Shown here piece by piece: positions 25,799 to 34,534 of a stretch of 64,000 bases of DNA (positions are counted from its first letter, which is position 1; each line of letters begins with the position of its first letter). The position numbers were made by a program, and so were the translations under genes. The notes beneath the pieces were generated by a model. That model was not told the origin of the DNA. It did not search any database and was given only the letters and a program-made list of their open reading frames with translations. Source of the stretch: Spirochaetota bacterium (GTDB taxonomy: Bacteria; Spirochaetota; Spirochaetia; Treponematales; Treponemataceae); contig JAEXRH010000014.1 in the NCBI GenBank assembly GCA_023438065.1, positions 22,959-86,958 of the forward strand, written 5' to 3'.

Positions 25799-27136
25799 CT
25801 AGTTGGTCGAAACGGCTGTCGTTACAGCCTGACAGGGCGTTCGGGAGTAACGACCATACCCGTCGCTGGTGAATACAACGACGTAATATGTCGTGTTCGG
25901 AGTAAGCGCCGAAAAGGAATAACTTCTCGTTGCCGTTCCGAGTGACGAGGAAAATTTTAGACCATCCGTGTTAAGTCCTAAAGTCGGCCAGGTATTCGGC
26001 GCAAACATGTACCCGTTACCATCAATCGTGCCGAACCGCGAATCATTATTGGTTTTAGATAGACCTACCACATAGGTCACGGAATTCTCGCTGTCGTTGT
26101 TCTCGGACCCATTCCAGGTAACGGTAAAACCACTCGTTGTTTTATCGGTAAAATTGAGCAAGGTATTGGAAAACTTCGGGGCATACCAATCATAAGTATG
26201 GGTAATAATGGGATTCGCCTTAAGCTCGGCAGCCGTGAAGACCCTTGAATACTGATTGACCGGAGTGGTGCCGCTTTGAACTGATATCGTATAGCTTGTT
26301 TGATTGTCCTTCACCTTGAACGTCGTCGAATTCGAGGAAATCTGGCCACTTGCCTTTGTATAGGAAGCTGTCTTTCCGTCAGGGTAGGTCACCTGAATCA
26401 ACGAGGGAACGGCAGCAACGGATTGATCCTTAGGGTTAAGCGACGAAGTCAACGCCCTCGTCACGATCGAAAGATCGAAGGTCGGTACCGTTTTAAACGC
26501 GAATCCATTCAGGTTCGTATACCCAAAATCGCCCGCGCTATAATTAGCCGTCGATACGACATTGACGCTCACGCTTACGGTAGGCAATCCGAAACCCGCG
26601 GTAAAAAGATAATCGAGCAAGGTCGCGCCAAGGTTGTTATATGAAATTCGAGAGCCAGAGCGCGGGGCCGCGTAAATAACTTCATTATCGCCATCCAGTA
26701 CCAAAAATTGGGTTATTTTGTATCCTTCCAGAGAATTTGATTCATAATTCCCATTAGAAACTTGTTCGTCCAGGTATAGATTCCCCGAATAGTATTGATT
26801 GCCGAATTTGAACACCTCGATTGCCTCGTTTTCGTAGATGGGTACAGTAAAATATGATGTTCCCGAGGGCGTCATTTTCTTCCAGTAAGATGAAATCGAC
26901 ACTACAATACGCCTGACGTTCGGATCTATCGTCGTTCCCATCGCTGAACGAGCAATTACGGCTTTCCCAACGGCTTGTTTCGTGGTAGAAGAATCAACGA
27001 GATCCGCCTCTGAAAACGAAAATTGCACGGCGGTACGGTTGCCTTGATTGTCATTGCTCGAATCAATGGACCCTGTTCCGTTTGAACACCCTAAAAACAG
27101 TAACACCACGAGAATTCCCGACATAAAACGTTTCAT
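25799..27136 (-). CDS. Surface/periplasmic lipoprotein, S/T/N-rich, with C-terminal fibronectin type III-like domain (445 aa), in a low-GC island
   Basis: Lipobox in MKRFMSGILVVLLFLGCSNG. FN3-like C-terminus (GFTVTWNGSENNDSENSVTYVVGLS ... YSFSALTPNTTYYVVVFTSDGYG). A 100-nt sample at 26641-26740 has 43 G+C, against 67 in the neighbouring pheT. Confidence 0.8.
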   Translation of the reverse strand: MKRFMSGILVVLLFLGCSNGTGSIDSSNDNQGNRTAVQFSFSEADLVDSSTTKQAVGKAVIARSAMGTTIDPNVRRIVVSISSYWKKMTPSGTSYFTVPIYENEAIEVFKFGNQYYSGNLYLDEQVSNGNYESNSLEGYKITQFLVLDGDNEVIYAAPRSGSRISYNNLGATLLDYLFTAGFGLPTVSVSVNVVSTANYSAGDFGYTNLNGFAFKTVPTFDLSIVTRALTSSLNPKDQSVAAVPSLIQVTYPDGKTASYTKASGQISSNSTTFKVKDNQTSYTISVQSGTTPVNQYSRVFTAAELKANPIITHTYDWYAPKFSNTLLNFTDKTTSGFTVTWNGSENNDSENSVTYVVGLSKTNNDSRFGTIDGNGYMFAPNTWPTLGLNTDGLKFSSSLGTATRSYSFSALTPNTTYYVVVFTSDGYGRYSRTPCQAVTTAVSTN

Positions 27137-27282
27137 TTTCAGCTCCTTTCAATAATATTGCTTATGTCATGGTAGATTCTGGAAAGCAACACTGTCAAGA
27201 AAAATGAATTGCTGTGTGTTATACCAATGCGATCTAGCGTTAATGGCTATGCGCGGGAACAAGAAAAGCTTATTTTCCTATC

Positions 27283-27855
27283 ATGACTTTTCCCTTTCCG
27301 CAGACGCATTTCATCGGGATACTCGCGAACGACGAGCTCGCCGACACCCTCGGGCAATGTCGCCTCTGGATGGGCGAGACCTTCGGCTGTCGCTCGGGCT
27401 TCTCGACGCCCATCCACGTGACGCTCGTCCCGCCCTTCGCGCTCCCCGATCCCGGCGACCTCGAGCTTCTCGCCCGCGCGATCGCGTCATGCGCTCACGA
27501 TGCGACTCCTTTCGTCGCCCGAGTCTCGGGCTTCGGCGCGTTCGGCGAGCGCACGGTCTTCGCGCGCGTCGAGAGCGATCCCCGATGGACGGAGCTTCGC
27601 GACTCGCTGTACGCGTCCATCGCGCGCGCCCTTCCCGGAAGAATCGGTAAAGACGCGCGACCCTTCGTTCCGCACCTCACGGTCGCCAATCGAGACCTGC
27701 CCGCGATCGCGGTCCCGCGCGCGCTCGAGTACTTCGCCCATCTCGATCTCGACGAGGAATTTCCCGTCGACCACGTCGCTCTTTTCGCGAGAAGGGGGGG
27801 ATTATGGACGACGGAGCACGCGTGGAAGCTTGGAGATGAGGAGCCGGGGTACTAG
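27283..27855 (+). CDS. 2H phosphoesterase superfamily protein (LigT/ThpR-like RNA 2',3'-cyclic phosphodiesterase, 190 aa)
   Basis: Two H-x-T/S-x motifs with appropriate spacing (IHVTLVPPF and PHLTVANRD). Confidence 0.8.
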   Translation: MTFPFPQTHFIGILANDELADTLGQCRLWMGETFGCRSGFSTPIHVTLVPPFALPDPGDLELLARAIASCAHDATPFVARVSGFGAFGERTVFARVESDPRWTELRDSLYASIARALPGRIGKDARPFVPHLTVANRDLPAIAVPRALEYFAHLDLDEEFPVDHVALFARRGGLWTTEHAWKLGDEEPGY

Positions 27856-27867
27856 CGGGAACAGCCG

Positions 27868-28812
27868 TCAATCCACCCGGGCGAGAAGCGTCTCCACGTC
27901 GAGATCGAGTACGCTCGCGGTAGTCTCGTTCGACAGAGGGGAGGGAGAGCGGCCACGCGCTTGGGAGAGGCGAATCCGTTCGGCATCGAAGAGCTTTCGG
28001 AGGAAGTCGTTTACCATCCCGGAAAAATAGTTGAAGACGACCCCGTTTACCCGCTCTTGCTGCTCGTAATCGAGCCCCTCCCGGCCGTCCTGCGTCCGGA
28101 AAACGAACACATGGATCAGGCACCCGCCGATATCGCGCTTCAGGCACAAGACCGCGTCGACGGTGCATCGCGTTCCCCGGAGATTCATCTGCAGGTTCTT
28201 GATCTTTTCCATGATCGGGATCTCGGGCTCTTCGCCGAGGAACGCGCAGGAAAAATGGCTCACGCTTATGTCGCGGATCGCGCACGAGTACTGGCGCCCC
28301 TTGAAGAGCATGTTCATCCTGAACGCGTCGGAGCATACCGCGCGGAGGTGTTTTCGTTGCCCGTTCGCCCTGTTGGCCGCGAGAACGGACAGAAACAGCG
28401 GCAAGTTTTTGCACTTCTGGTACTCGATCGGTATACAGCCGCAGGTGATTCCAATGTCGTAAAGATACAGCCGCTCGAGACGCCTCGTCTCCTCGAGACT
28501 GTTTCGCTTCTGGAAGGTTACCCCGATTCTCACCCGGTCCCGATAGGTGTATTGCAGCTTCCGGATTAACGCGGCCCAGTCGATCCCTTCGATCCTTCGG
28601 TCAATGTTGAAAAAGAAAATGGTTTCGGCGAAGGCCGAGATCAGGAGGTGTATCTTCGATACGAGGGGACAATAGGGGTCGTCGTGAACGTAGTACGCCT
28701 CATAACCGTGAAGGCAGAAGCTCTTCAGGCACTCTTCCGGGAATACGGAGAGTTCCGGCACGATGAAAAAGGTCTTGATACCCGACCTGACGTCGGATAG
28801 CGCAGTATCCAA
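27868..28812 (-). CDS. PilZ-like domain protein (putative c-di-GMP receptor, 314 aa)
   Basis: RxxxR (QRKHLR) is followed 24 residues later by DISVSHF, where DxSxxG is expected. The N-terminal roughly 140 aa are unassigned. TTG start at 28812 is preceded by GGAGGG. Rich in Cys. Confidence 0.5.
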   Translation of the reverse strand: MDTALSDVRSGIKTFFIVPELSVFPEECLKSFCLHGYEAYYVHDDPYCPLVSKIHLLISAFAETIFFFNIDRRIEGIDWAALIRKLQYTYRDRVRIGVTFQKRNSLEETRRLERLYLYDIGITCGCIPIEYQKCKNLPLFLSVLAANRANGQRKHLRAVCSDAFRMNMLFKGRQYSCAIRDISVSHFSCAFLGEEPEIPIMEKIKNLQMNLRGTRCTVDAVLCLKRDIGGCLIHVFVFRTQDGREGLDYEQQERVNGVVFNYFSGMVNDFLRKLFDAERIRLSQARGRSPSPLSNETTASVLDLDVETLLARVD

Positions 28813-28949
28813 GCAATCCCTCCGGCACGAAGCAAGGCTCTAACATGGATTTCTCAGAAGGCGACTTTATTTTTATTGGCTTCATGATACCCTGCATTTA
28901 TCCCGAACGCAAGCGCGCTTTGCAAATTTAATGAAAAACCCGCAGCTTC

Positions 28950-28979
28950 TTGTTAAAGCCGTTCCGGTGAGTGTATAAT
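28950..28979 (+). promoter_or_regulatory. Putative promoter of the cyclase operon (TTGTTA-18 nt-TGTATAAT, extended -10)
   Basis: -35 at 28950-28955 and -10 at 28974-28979 with a TG at -15/-14. This implies a 5' UTR of about 115 nt. Confidence 0.4.
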
Positions 28980-29101
28980 TGTAACGAGCGCGTAAACGCC
29001 GGAGACACCGCCTGATCATTGCTCGCCTGGGTGAGATTCCCTTGCCGGTTCAGGCCATGGCGTTCGCAAGGCGACTATTCCACGACAACAGGAACGGCTT
29101 C

Positions 29102-30943
29102 ATGATTAAAAGCAGGTTTTTCATCCCTATCGGGTTCAAGCTCACGGGAATGGTCTCGCTCATCCTTGGCGTTTCGCTCGCCGGGCTCACCATTGTATCC
29201 ACCCTGTATTTCAGCGCCGAAATAGAGCGCACCCTTCTTACGAATACCCAGGATCGGGTCGAACTCCTTTCCGATAAAATCGAAACCGACCTCATGAACG
29301 AAATGAACGCCGCCCGTCTCATCGCCGCGACCCTGCAAGGCGGACTCGTCTACGGCGGCACGGGGGTGGCGCCGACGGAAGAGCTTCTCGCGCAAAATCC
29401 CGTCATCCGCGCGGTGCACATCCTCGTTCGAAAGGACGGGAACGTCGAGGAATCGGCTGTCGCGGGGGAATCCCGGATCGACGACATCTCGTCCTTCGCC
29501 GCCAGGGAAAACGTCGCGCTCCTGTCCGCTTTCGCGAACCAGCCGGCGATACTCAACGCCTCGCCCGAGTCGGGCGAGCCCGCGCTCGCGATCCTCTTTC
29601 CCTATCAATTGCTGTCCGATACGGAAGCGGACAGCGTCGTTCTCGCCGAGCTCGACGGAGAACCCTTTATCCTGGCGGTCGCGGCGAGGGAACTCTACGT
29701 GAACAGCATCGTGGACGCCTCGGGGAATCTCGTCGTGCACGTCGACCGGGAACTCATGATGACGAGGCCGAACCTCTCGGGCGACGCCCTCGTGAAGGAC
29801 GCGATGAAGGGCGAGACTACCCTGAAGCAGATGACCTTCGAGGACTCGGCCGGGACCGAGAGCATCGGCTCCTGGAAGCGATTCTTCGACGGACAGCTCG
29901 TCGCGGTCTCGACCGTGCGGAAGGAGACCGCCATGGCGGGCGCCTACGCAATGCAAAGAAGAAACAGCCTCATCACGATACTCATCCTCTGCGCCTCGAT
30001 GCTCCTCCTCTTTCTCTTCTCGAAAACCCTCACGACGCCCATACAGAGCCTCATGGCGGGCGCGCTCAAGATCGGAGAGGGAGACTTCTCGGTGCGCGTC
30101 GGCGTAAAGACGAGCGACGAGATCGGCAGGCTCTCGGATACCTTCAACACCATGACGAAAGGCCTCGAGGAGCGCGACAAGATCAAGAGCGCGTTCGGCA
30201 AATTCGTCAACAAGGAGGTCGCGGAGCGGGTCATCCGCGGCGAGGTTCAGCTCGGGGGCGAAAGCAGGACGGCGGCGATCTTCTTCTCGGACATCAGGTC
30301 GTTCACCGCGATCTCGGAGCGGCTTACCCCGCACGAGGTCGTCGAGTTCCTCAACGAGTACATGACGGCGATGGTCGCGTGCGTGAACAGGACGCACGGC
30401 GTCGTCGACAAATACATCGGCGACGCGATCATGGCGGAATGGGGAGTCCCGTACTCCACGGGCAACGACACGGAAAACGCCGTGAACGCCGCGCTCCTCA
30501 TGCGAAAGGCGCTCGCGGAGTTCAACCGGGGCCGCGGCGGGGAAAAGAAGCCGATCATCAGGATCGGCAGCGGCATCAATACCGGAGAGGTCATCGCGGG
30601 GCAGATCGGCTCGCTCGAGCGCATGGAATACACCTGCATCGGCGACGCGGTAAACCTCGCCTCGCGCATCGAGAGCCTCAACAAGGTATTCAAGACTGAC
30701 ATTCTCATCTCCGAGCATTCCTGGTCGCTCGTCAAGGACGCCTTCAGGGTCGAACCGATGAAAAAGATCCTCGTGAAGGGCAAGGCGGAGCCGCAGCAGA
30801 TCTACGCGGTGCTCGGAAGACTCGACGATCCCGGCTCGTACAGGAACGTACACGAGCTGCGCGAGCACCTCGGGTATGAAGACGTCGACCTCGCGACGGT
30901 CAACGCGAACGCCGAAGAGAAGAAATATGAGATTGTTGAGTAA
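29102..30943 (+). CDS. Class III adenylate/guanylate cyclase with periplasmic Cache-like sensor and HAMP domain (613 aa)
   Basis: TM1, a periplasmic region of about 250 aa, then TM2. HAMP region PIQSLMAGALKIGEGDFSVRVGVKTSDEIGRLSDTFNTM. Cyclase core AAIFFSDIRSFT, VDKYIGDAIMAEWG, IGSGINTGEVIAGQIG, YTCIGDAVNLASRIE. I chose the ATG at 29102. Alternatives are the TTG at 29042 and the ATG at 29057. Confidence 0.9.
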   Translation: MIKSRFFIPIGFKLTGMVSLILGVSLAGLTIVSTLYFSAEIERTLLTNTQDRVELLSDKIETDLMNEMNAARLIAATLQGGLVYGGTGVAPTEELLAQNPVIRAVHILVRKDGNVEESAVAGESRIDDISSFAARENVALLSAFANQPAILNASPESGEPALAILFPYQLLSDTEADSVVLAELDGEPFILAVAARELYVNSIVDASGNLVVHVDRELMMTRPNLSGDALVKDAMKGETTLKQMTFEDSAGTESIGSWKRFFDGQLVAVSTVRKETAMAGAYAMQRRNSLITILILCASMLLLFLFSKTLTTPIQSLMAGALKIGEGDFSVRVGVKTSDEIGRLSDTFNTMTKGLEERDKIKSAFGKFVNKEVAERVIRGEVQLGGESRTAAIFFSDIRSFTAISERLTPHEVVEFLNEYMTAMVACVNRTHGVVDKYIGDAIMAEWGVPYSTGNDTENAVNAALLMRKALAEFNRGRGGEKKPIIRIGSGINTGEVIAGQIGSLERMEYTCIGDAVNLASRIESLNKVFKTDILISEHSWSLVKDAFRVEPMKKILVKGKAEPQQIYAVLGRLDDPGSYRNVHELREHLGYEDVDLATVNANAEEKKYEIVE

Positions 30944-32975
30944 GGGCGAATCCGCGTTCGTCTTGCTCGTAATCCTCTGCTTCGGGGCAGCCGCGACCGC
31001 GCTCGTGCGCGACATCACGGGGGCCAGGGAGCTTCGCGGAACGCAGGTCGGCACGATCACCTGGAAGGATCGCTACGCCGAGCAGCGGCAGGAAGGCACG
31101 GGACTATGGGTGGCCGCCGTGCGCGACGGACCCGTCTACAACCACGACACGATTCGCACGGGGGAGAACTCCTCCGCGACGATACGACTCGCGAACGACA
31201 CGGTGATCTCGCTCGACGCGGGGTCGATGGTGTACGTCCGCGTTGACGCCGCCACGGAGAAGGCGACGATCTCGATCAAGGGAGGCTCGATCAAGGTCGC
31301 GCAGGGCGAAAAGGCCGCCCCGGTCGAGCTCGAGACGAACTCCGGCTCGGTCGCGCTCGAGAAAGGCGCGGTCAGGATAACCGGCGACGAAACGAAGACG
31401 ACCGTCCGCGCGGAGACCCCGGCAGCGACGATCGTGTCGAGCGGCGATACGAAGGCGATAACCCTCGACGCCGCGTCAAACTTCGACGTCGCGAACGGGG
31501 AGATCGTCGCCGCGCCCGTATCGATAACCTCTCCCGGGCAAAACGAGTATCTCGTCGCCGAGGGGAAAAAGGCCGAGGTCGTCTTCTCGTGGTCGCCCGC
31601 CGACATGCCGCTTCGGGTAACGATAGCCCGAGACGCGGCGTTCCGGAAGCCGGCCGTCGAAGGGGAGGCCCTCGCGAGCGGCTCCGTTCAAACCCTTTCA
31701 GAAGGACGTTATTGGTGGCGCGTCGACGAAACCGGGGAGACGCGGTCGTTCACCGTCGCCGAAGGCGGCGTCTGCGCGCCCGTAAGCCCCGTCGATAAAT
31801 CCTTCCTGAAGGCGGGAGAGTTCGTCACCGTCCCCTTTGCCTGGGCAAAACGGGGAAACGCGGATTCGTATCGCCTTGACGTCTTCGCCGAAGGGACGGG
31901 AGACACCCCGATAATCCAGCGCATGGTGACACAACGAAGCACGATGATCGACATTGCCGACGAAGGCGAGTATTCCTGGTCGGTTACCGCCTTCTACGGC
32001 CCGAACCGCGTCGCCTTTACCTCGGCAAGGGAGCGCTTCTCGATCGTTACCGCGACCCTCGCGGTCCCGGCGACGCCGACGGTCGCGCGCGGCGTCGCGT
32101 CCTGGGCCCCGGTAGCGGGCGCGGAAGCCTACGAGATCAGAATCAGCCCGGAAGAGAGCGGATCGCCCGTGCAATACGGCGCGATCGTCAACGCCTCCTC
32201 CGCGAGCCTGAAAAACGCCGTGTCGACGGGCGCCTGGTACGTTTCGGTTCGATCCAAGGCGGGTTCGCTGACTTCCGATTGGTCAAATCCCGCGAAATAC
32301 GAAATCCTTCCCCCTCAGCCCCTCTCGATATCGGCGCCCGCGAACGGCGCGGTGGTCGACGGCTCCTCCGGAAAGGTTTCCCTTTCCTGGATCGATCGAA
32401 ACGACGGCAATCGCTACCGCGTGACGGTGTCGAGATCCGCGGACCTCGCGAACCCGCTCGGAGAGCTCGTTCCCTATCGACCAACAGGCCAGTTTACCCT
32501 TCCCAAGGAAGAACGGGGCGGTCTTTACTACTGGAAGGTCGTTCTCCTCGACGCGGCCGGCGCGCCGGTCAGCGAATCGCCGATCTCGTCATTCAGGGTA
32601 CGCGAGCCGATGCCGGCGCCGGAACCAGTATTCCCGATAAACGGGAAGCAGCTCGACATCAACGCGCTTTCGGCGCTCTCGCTCGAGTGGAAGCCCGTCA
32701 CCGACGCATCCTTTTACACCGCGCGGCTTTATCGCATGACGGCGGGGATCCCGCAATCGCTCGGTTCCTGGAAAACCGTCGAACCGCGTGTCACGATCAC
32801 CGACTTCACGAAACTCGCGCTCGACTCATTCTCGTGGGAAGTGGTCGCGGTCAAAACGGAAGAAGACGGAAGCGAAACGCCCAGCGCTCCCGCGAAGGCC
32901 TATTTCAGGATCGTGCAAGCAAAGGTTCTTTCGGCGCCTTCCATCAAGATCATGAAATCCCGAGGAGCGTTTTAA
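30927..32975 (+). CDS. FecR-domain protein with N-terminal TM anchor and multiple FN3/Ig-like periplasmic repeats (682 aa)
   Basis: The ATG at 30927 overlaps the cyclase 3' end by 17 nt. TM segment AFVLLVILCFGAAATALV. FecR-like block GTITWKDRYAEQR...VYNHDTIRTGENSSATIRLANDTVISLDAGSMV. At least five repeats carry a W-x(2-5)-[VA/D]-x(2-4)-Y-x-[IVL] signature. Confidence 0.8.
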   Translation: MRLLSKGESAFVLLVILCFGAAATALVRDITGARELRGTQVGTITWKDRYAEQRQEGTGLWVAAVRDGPVYNHDTIRTGENSSATIRLANDTVISLDAGSMVYVRVDAATEKATISIKGGSIKVAQGEKAAPVELETNSGSVALEKGAVRITGDETKTTVRAETPAATIVSSGDTKAITLDAASNFDVANGEIVAAPVSITSPGQNEYLVAEGKKAEVVFSWSPADMPLRVTIARDAAFRKPAVEGEALASGSVQTLSEGRYWWRVDETGETRSFTVAEGGVCAPVSPVDKSFLKAGEFVTVPFAWAKRGNADSYRLDVFAEGTGDTPIIQRMVTQRSTMIDIADEGEYSWSVTAFYGPNRVAFTSARERFSIVTATLAVPATPTVARGVASWAPVAGAEAYEIRISPEESGSPVQYGAIVNASSASLKNAVSTGAWYVSVRSKAGSLTSDWSNPAKYEILPPQPLSISAPANGAVVDGSSGKVSLSWIDRNDGNRYRVTVSRSADLANPLGELVPYRPTGQFTLPKEERGGLYYWKVVLLDAAGAPVSESPISSFRVREPMPAPEPVFPINGKQLDINALSALSLEWKPVTDASFYTARLYRMTAGIPQSLGSWKTVEPRVTITDFTKLALDSFSWEVVAVKTEEDGSETPSAPAKAYFRIVQAKVLSAPSIKIMKSRGAF

Positions 32976-32977
32976 CC

Positions 32978-34486
32978 ATGTACCGTTTGCGAACCGCGGT
33001 AGCCGCTATCATTGGCCTGTTCCTCATGAGCGCCGGGTCTTTCGCCCAAACCGGCGAAAGCCTTCCCTACTACATCGAATGGGATGCCGTCGAGGGCGCG
33101 GGAGGTTACGACATTGAGGTCACGACCGACGACGGGAAACCGGCGCTCGAGCGACGGATGGGTCCCGCCGAGACCAGCATCGAACTCGCCCTGCCGGCGG
33201 GCAACTACCGGTTCAGAATCTCGACACTCAACAAGTTTCTCCACGCGGACTCCACTTCCGACTGGATAGCCTTCAAAGTGCTCGCGTACGGGCCGCCGAC
33301 GATAACGAGGGTCGGTCAGGCGAAGATAGCGCCCGGGACGCAGGCGAGCGTTTCCGTTCAGGCGGATATGGTCTCCTCAAAAGCCCGCGCGACGCTCGTC
33401 TCGCCGACGGGAAAGAGCATTCCCCTCACCATTAAAAAAGCGAAGAACAGATCGTTCACGCTCACGAGCGCGCCGCTTTCAGAGCGGGGCTCATACACCC
33501 TCGTACTCACGAATCCCCCTTCCTTCTCGGCGGAAAAAAAGAACGCGGTCACCGTGGAATACCCGACGCCGACGATCGTATCAGTCGAGCCGGGAATGGT
33601 TTCCCGCGTGGCGCTCGAGGATGCTCGGGACGCGGGGTCGGCGCTATCGCTTATCGTCAAGGGCAAGAACTTCTCGCCTGAGGCGACCCTTATCCTCAAG
33701 GGCGGAGAGGCGGATAATCCCGTCGCGCTCGAGAACCCGCGCGTACAGCCGGTCGAGATCTCGAGCGACATCCCCGCGACGCTCGAAGCCGGCTCCTACG
33801 CCGTGTTCCTCCGAAACGCGCCGGATCTGGCGGAAATCCCGGCCGGAACGCTCGTTGTCGAAAAGAAACCTGAACCGGTGGCGGAAAAGGAACCCGCCGA
33901 AAAACCGCCGAAGGAACCGAAGGCGGATAAGCCCGCGGGGGACAAAACGGTTCGCGCCTGGATCGCGCTTGGCGCCTCGGGCGGCGCGGGCTTCGTGTTC
34001 GGCGATTGGAACGACGTCTACGGGGAACCGCTGCCGTCGGGATCCGCGTTCGCGAACCTCTATCTCTCGCCCGCGCTTTCGCCGGAGGAAGACCGCGGCA
34101 TCCGCTATTCCTTCGGTCTCCGGGCCGATTTCGCGTTCATGAAAAACGACGGTGCAGGAATCTACGTGAAAAGCGACGCGCAAACCCTCTCGATAACCGT
34201 GGCGCCCGCGGCCGAATACGCTTTCGGGAAATTCCGCGTACGGGGCCGAATCGGCGGGGGAATCAGTTTTCTCAAGATTACGGCCAACACCATAACCTCC
34301 GGTTCTAAAACCGAGGAAACCTCGCTTGACCTGGCGGGAACCGCCGGACTCAGCCTTGAATACCTTCCGTTCCCGCGATTTGCCGTTGGCCTCGACAACG
34401 CATTGTTCTACGTCGCGAATCGAGACCCCATGACCCGGTACGCCGGAACCCTCTCCGCCTCGTACGCGATTCCGATCAAACGATAG
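32978..34486 (+). CDS. Outer-membrane-anchored repeat protein: signal peptide, FN3/IPT-like domains, P/E/K-rich linker, C-terminal beta-barrel-like domain (502 aa)
   Basis: The ATG at 32978 is 2 nt after the FecR-gene stop, with GAGGAG upstream. Signal peptide MYRLRTAVAAIIGLFLMSAGSFAQ. YYIEWDAVEGAGGYDIEV repeat and KKPEPVAEKEPAEKPPKEPKADKPAGDK linker. The C-terminal roughly 170 aa show an alternating hydrophobic pattern and an aromatic-rich end. The ORF track extends the frame spuriously back to 32279. Confidence 0.75.
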   Translation: MYRLRTAVAAIIGLFLMSAGSFAQTGESLPYYIEWDAVEGAGGYDIEVTTDDGKPALERRMGPAETSIELALPAGNYRFRISTLNKFLHADSTSDWIAFKVLAYGPPTITRVGQAKIAPGTQASVSVQADMVSSKARATLVSPTGKSIPLTIKKAKNRSFTLTSAPLSERGSYTLVLTNPPSFSAEKKNAVTVEYPTPTIVSVEPGMVSRVALEDARDAGSALSLIVKGKNFSPEATLILKGGEADNPVALENPRVQPVEISSDIPATLEAGSYAVFLRNAPDLAEIPAGTLVVEKKPEPVAEKEPAEKPPKEPKADKPAGDKTVRAWIALGASGGAGFVFGDWNDVYGEPLPSGSAFANLYLSPALSPEEDRGIRYSFGLRADFAFMKNDGAGIYVKSDAQTLSITVAPAAEYAFGKFRVRGRIGGGISFLKITANTITSGSKTEETSLDLAGTAGLSLEYLPFPRFAVGLDNALFYVANRDPMTRYAGTLSASYAIPIKR

Positions 34487-34534
34487 CGCTTTAACTACGT
34501 TCTTAATGCTTTTTTATACTACCGGAGGAGATCA

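Noticed and set aside
29075-31060. 661-aa minus-strand ORF antisense to the cyclase gene
   Set aside because: The cyclase catalytic motifs on the plus strand define the real gene. The antisense product has no motifs.
32279-32977. 5' extension of the ORF 32279-34486, which would add 233 aa to the outer-membrane protein
   Set aside because: The extension overlaps the FecR-domain gene in another frame and is Arg-rich. A clean signal peptide begins at the ATG at 32978, with GAGGAG upstream.
33868-33945. Repetitive GAAAAG/GAACCG-rich DNA
   Set aside because: It is explained by the P/E/K-rich linker (KKPEPVAEKEPAEKPPKEPKADKP) of the outer-membrane protein. It is not an independent repeat element.
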